This document shows, in pieces, positions 60,562-64,000 of a stretch of 64,000 nt of DNA. Origin of the DNA: Pyrinomonadaceae bacterium (lineage in GTDB: Bacteria; Acidobacteriota; Blastocatellia; Pyrinomonadales; Pyrinomonadaceae); contig JBKBYA010000006.1 in assembly GCA_046313635.1 (NCBI GenBank), positions 32,001 through 96,000 of the forward strand. Reading direction: 5' to 3'. The notes below the pieces were generated by a model that saw nothing but the letters and a program-made list of their open reading frames with translations, was not told the DNA's origin and searched no databases. The position numbers and the translations under genes were made by a program. Position 1 is the first letter of the stretch; every line of letters begins with the position of its first letter.

Positions 60562-62529
60562 ATGCGTGACATTCCAGTCGGCAACGGCTCGCTGCTGATC
60601 GCCTTCGACGATCGTTACCAGATCCGGGACATATACTTTCCGCATGTCGGGCAGGAGAATCACACCGACGGAGCCCCGTCGCGCTTCGGCGTATGGGTCG
60701 ACGGCGAATTCTCTTGGACGTCCTCCGACGAATGGCAGCGGTCGCTGTGCTATCTGCCCGAGACGCTCGTCACAGACGTGCGGCTCACCAACGCGCGGCT
60801 CGGCATCGCGATCGTCGCCAGCGACGCGGTCGCCAGCCACGAGAACGTCTTTCTGCGCCGCATCTCGATCCGCAACCTTAGAGACCAGGAGCGCTCGATA
60901 CGCGTCTTCCTGCACCAGGACCTGCGTATCTACGAGAACAAGGTCGGCGACGCGGTCTATTACGATCCGGAGACGGCGGCGATCGTGCATTATCAGCGAG
61001 ACCGCTACTTTTTGTTCGCGACCCGGCCGCACTTTGAAAGCTTTGCAACGGGCCGCAAAGACTTTGGCGCGCAGGAGGGCACGTGGCGCGACGCCGAGGA
61101 CGGCGAGCTCGCCGGCGGCGTCATCACCGAGGGGTCGGTCGACTCGACCGTCGGCGTTCATCTCTATCTCGGCCCGCAGGGCGAGACGGAGATGAGCTAC
61201 TGGATCGCCGCCGGCAAATGCCACGCCGATGTCGCACGGCTTAATTCACTCGTTCTCAAACGCGGACCGGCGGAATATCTCGACTACACGGCCAACTACT
61301 GGCGCGCCTGGGTAAACAAGAACGACGTCCAGCTCGACGGGCTGCCGATCGACGTCGTCGACCTCTACAAGCGCTCGCTGCTTATCGCGAGGACGCAGGT
61401 GGACAACGGCGGGGCGATCCTCGCGGCCAACGATTCGGACGTAGTACTTCGGGCCAGCGACCATTACAGTTACCTTTGGCCGAGGGACGGCGCGTTCGTC
61501 GCGCATGCCTTCGACCGGGCAGGATTTGCCGAGGTAACGCGGAGGTTCTTTCATCTCTGCGCCGACATCGTCCATCCGAACGGCTACTTTCTGCAGAAGT
61601 ACAATCCCGACGGCACTGTCGCGTCCGGCTGGCACGCCGCTTGGGACCCTCGCCGAAAGGTGTCGCTCGTGCCGATCCAACAGGACGAGACCGCTCTGGT
61701 GCTGTGGGCACTCTGGGAGCATTATCGTCTGCGGCGCGACATCGATTTTGCACATCAGCTGTACACGACGCTCGTCAAGCCGTGCGCCGATTTTATGGTC
61801 GCGTTTCGCGACGACGCGACCGGCCTGCCGCTGCCTAGCTGGAACCTGTGGGAAGATCGCCGCGGAGTTCACACCTTTACATGCTCGACGGTCGTCGCGG
61901 GACTCCGCGCCGCCGCCAACTTTGCACATCTCTTCGCCGAGCACGGCGATGCCGAAGCCTATCGCGAGGCCGCCGGCCGAATGGTCGAGGCGATGGCCCT
62001 GCATCTCTACGACGAGAAGCTCGGCCGGTTTGTCCGCGGACTGCTCGCCGCCGACGACGGCGGCCCGCTCGAGCGCGACACGACGATCGACGCCTCGCTA
62101 TTCGGCCTCTTCTACTTCGGGTGCTTCGACGTCCGCGACAAGCGCGTCGAGTCGACAATGAAAGCGGTCGAGGACGCCCTCTACATCGGCACGGCCGCGT
62201 CCGGGGTCGCTCGCTTTGAGCGCGACAGCTATATGCGTCGGTCGGACGCCGCGACCGGGAACGTCTGGTTCATCTGCACTCTCTGGCTTGCCGAGTACTA
62301 CATCGCGGCAGCCGGCGACGCCGCCGATCTCGCGAGGCCGCTTGAGATGCTGCGGTCGGTCGCGAGGTCGGCCCGCACCTCCGGGGTGCTCGCCGAGCAG
62401 ATGGACCCGGCCACCGGCGAGCACGTCTCGGTCTCGCCGCTCACATGGTCGCACTCGACCTTTGTCGCCGCCGTGCACAGCTACCTCGACAAGCAAGCCG
62501 AACTTGACAAGTCAGGACCACCAGCGTGA
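60562..62529 (+). CDS. Glycoside hydrolase family 15 (glucoamylase-like)
   Basis: YSYLWPRDG, IQQDET, NLWEDR and LAEQ...PLTWSH motifs. Confidence 0.92.
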   Translation: MRDIPVGNGSLLIAFDDRYQIRDIYFPHVGQENHTDGAPSRFGVWVDGEFSWTSSDEWQRSLCYLPETLVTDVRLTNARLGIAIVASDAVASHENVFLRRISIRNLRDQERSIRVFLHQDLRIYENKVGDAVYYDPETAAIVHYQRDRYFLFATRPHFESFATGRKDFGAQEGTWRDAEDGELAGGVITEGSVDSTVGVHLYLGPQGETEMSYWIAAGKCHADVARLNSLVLKRGPAEYLDYTANYWRAWVNKNDVQLDGLPIDVVDLYKRSLLIARTQVDNGGAILAANDSDVVLRASDHYSYLWPRDGAFVAHAFDRAGFAEVTRRFFHLCADIVHPNGYFLQKYNPDGTVASGWHAAWDPRRKVSLVPIQQDETALVLWALWEHYRLRRDIDFAHQLYTTLVKPCADFMVAFRDDATGLPLPSWNLWEDRRGVHTFTCSTVVAGLRAAANFAHLFAEHGDAEAYREAAGRMVEAMALHLYDEKLGRFVRGLLAADDGGPLERDTTIDASLFGLFYFGCFDVRDKRVESTMKAVEDALYIGTAASGVARFERDSYMRRSDAATGNVWFICTLWLAEYYIAAAGDAADLARPLEMLRSVARSARTSGVLAEQMDPATGEHVSVSPLTWSHSTFVAAVHSYLDKQAELDKSGPPA

Positions 62530-62665
62530 GCGGGCGGGCTCTTGGCGCGTTGACCCGTTCGCCGGTCTGGAGGCGAGCTTGAATGCCCGGTCCAAACAGC
62601 TCGTCATCCGTCTCTAAGCCCGCCAATTTCGCCTGCCTCGGCGTTGTAACGTAAACTTACCCTTT

Positions 62666-64000
62666 ATGCGCAGAGCAAAGATCCTGGCCACTCTCGGCCC
62701 TTCATCCAACACACCCGAGGTCCTCGAGCGGATGCTGCGTGCGGGCGTCAACGCCGTTCGCATCAATATGTCTCACGGCACCCGGGAGGAGCACTCCGAG
62801 ACCGTCCGCGTCGCCCGCGCCGCCGCCGCCCGGCTCGGGCTGCCGCTCGCCGTTCTGGTCGATCTCTCGGGCCCGAAGATACGCACCCGAACGCTGCAGG
62901 ACGGCAAGCCCGTCCGGCTGGTGGCCGGCGACGAGTTTACGCTTACGACCGACGACACGGTCGGCAACGCGGCTCGTGTCTCGACCAATTTCGCGCAGCT
63001 GCCCGACGCCGTCGAGCGCGGCGCACGCATCCTCATCGACGACGGCGCCATCGAGCTCCGCGTCGAATCAAAGACCGCGACGGACGTGACCGGCCGCGTC
63101 ATCGTCGGCGGGATGCTCAACGAACGCAAGGGCATCAACCTGCCCAATACGCCGCTGCCGATACCGTCGATGACCGACAAGGACCACGCCGACCTCGAAT
63201 GGGCGATGGAGCAGAATGTCGACTATATCGCGCTCTCGTTTGTGCGGACGGCCGACGACTGCCGCCAGGCGCGCGAACGTATCAAGCAGCTCAATCGCCG
63301 AAAGCTCGGCCGCCCGCTGCTCGTTGCCAAGATCGAAAAGGCCGAGGCCATTGAGAATCTCGACGAGATCATCCAGGAGGCCGACGGCCTGATGGTGGCC
63401 CGCGGCGATCTCGGCGTCGAGACGAGCGTCGAGCTCGTTCCGGTCTATCAAAAACTCATTATCGAAAAGGCCGTGGCCAACGACCGGTTTGTCATCACTG
63501 CGACGCAGATGCTGCAGTCGATGATCGACAATCCCTTCCCGACCCGGGCCGAGGCCTCGGACGTCGCCAACGCCGTGTGGGACGGCACCGACGCCGTAAT
63601 GCTCTCGGCCGAGACCGCATCGGGCCGGTATCCGGTCGAGGCGATCGACACGATGGTCCGCATCATCACGTCGGCTGAGTCGATCACGCCCGATCAGCTC
63701 AAGCAGCCCGTCAAGATCGCGCAGCCGCCGTCGGGCCGTACGAGCCAGGCGCTGTGCAAGGCCGCCGTCTTTGCCGCAAAGGAGCGCATCACCGAGAAGG
63801 TCGCCGTCTTTACCGACTCGGGTCTGATGGCGCGGCGGCTGTCGAGCTTTCGCTCGGGCCTGCGCACATTTGCTCTAACGACCTCGGCCGACGCGTGCAA
63901 TCAACTGTCGCTTATCTGGGGCGTGCAGCCTTTTGTTTACCAAGCACCGCACTCGACCGAAGAACTCCTCATCACCGGCGAAAAAAAGCTGATCGAAGAG
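62666..64000 (+). CDS. pyk: Pyruvate kinase (truncated by window end)
   Basis: MRRAKILATLGPSS, RINMSHG, DLSGPKIR, AKIEK, MVARGDLGVE, ATQMLQSM, PTRAE and MLSAETA motifs. Absent from the ORF track because there is no stop in the window. Confidence 0.97.
   Translation, partial: MRRAKILATLGPSSNTPEVLERMLRAGVNAVRINMSHGTREEHSETVRVARAAAARLGLPLAVLVDLSGPKIRTRTLQDGKPVRLVAGDEFTLTTDDTVGNAARVSTNFAQLPDAVERGARILIDDGAIELRVESKTATDVTGRVIVGGMLNERKGINLPNTPLPIPSMTDKDHADLEWAMEQNVDYIALSFVRTADDCRQARERIKQLNRRKLGRPLLVAKIEKAEAIENLDEIIQEADGLMVARGDLGVETSVELVPVYQKLIIEKAVANDRFVITATQMLQSMIDNPFPTRAEASDVANAVWDGTDAVMLSAETASGRYPVEAIDTMVRIITSAESITPDQLKQPVKIAQPPSGRTSQALCKAAVFAAKERITEKVAVFTDSGLMARRLSSFRSGLRTFALTTSADACNQLSLIWGVQPFVYQAPHSTEELLITGEKKLIEE

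Overview
GC-rich (about 60-63% by eye) bacterial chromosomal window, probably Acidobacteriota (Blastocatellia/Pyrinomonadaceae-like). That placement is inferred from three acidobacterial-type VWA proteins, an Oar-like TonB receptor and secreted proteins ending in FG-GAP-like repeats. About 60 genes, mostly housekeeping: obgE (partial), nadD, rsfS, rlmH, dksA/traR, comF, tsaD, deoB, trxA, osmC, lon, nrdR, mtgA, glgC, sua5, uvrC, tdk, eno and pyk (partial). I found no rRNA, tRNA, CRISPR array, prophage or transposase. The notable signals are mostly non-coding. (1) A four-helix-bundle gene is enclosed by inverted octamer tandem arrays, and two other inverted heptamer-array pairs occur: one empty, one translated into the N-termini of divergent genes. 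(2) There are two REPIN-like palindromic elements, a solo REP copy and a possible in-frame REP insertion in a serine hydrolase. (3) An Rrf2 (HypR/SaiR-like) redox locus has two TGTAAC-N7-G(T/C)TACA operators, an unannotated 30-codon ORF and a decayed F420-reductase-like pseudogene. (4) An ECF sigma operon has a double zinc-finger anti-sigma factor and a candidate autoregulatory promoter. (5) Three unrelated secreted proteins share a six-repeat C-terminal module. (6) Many genes look leaderless. All calls come from reading the sequence by eye; no database searches were run.
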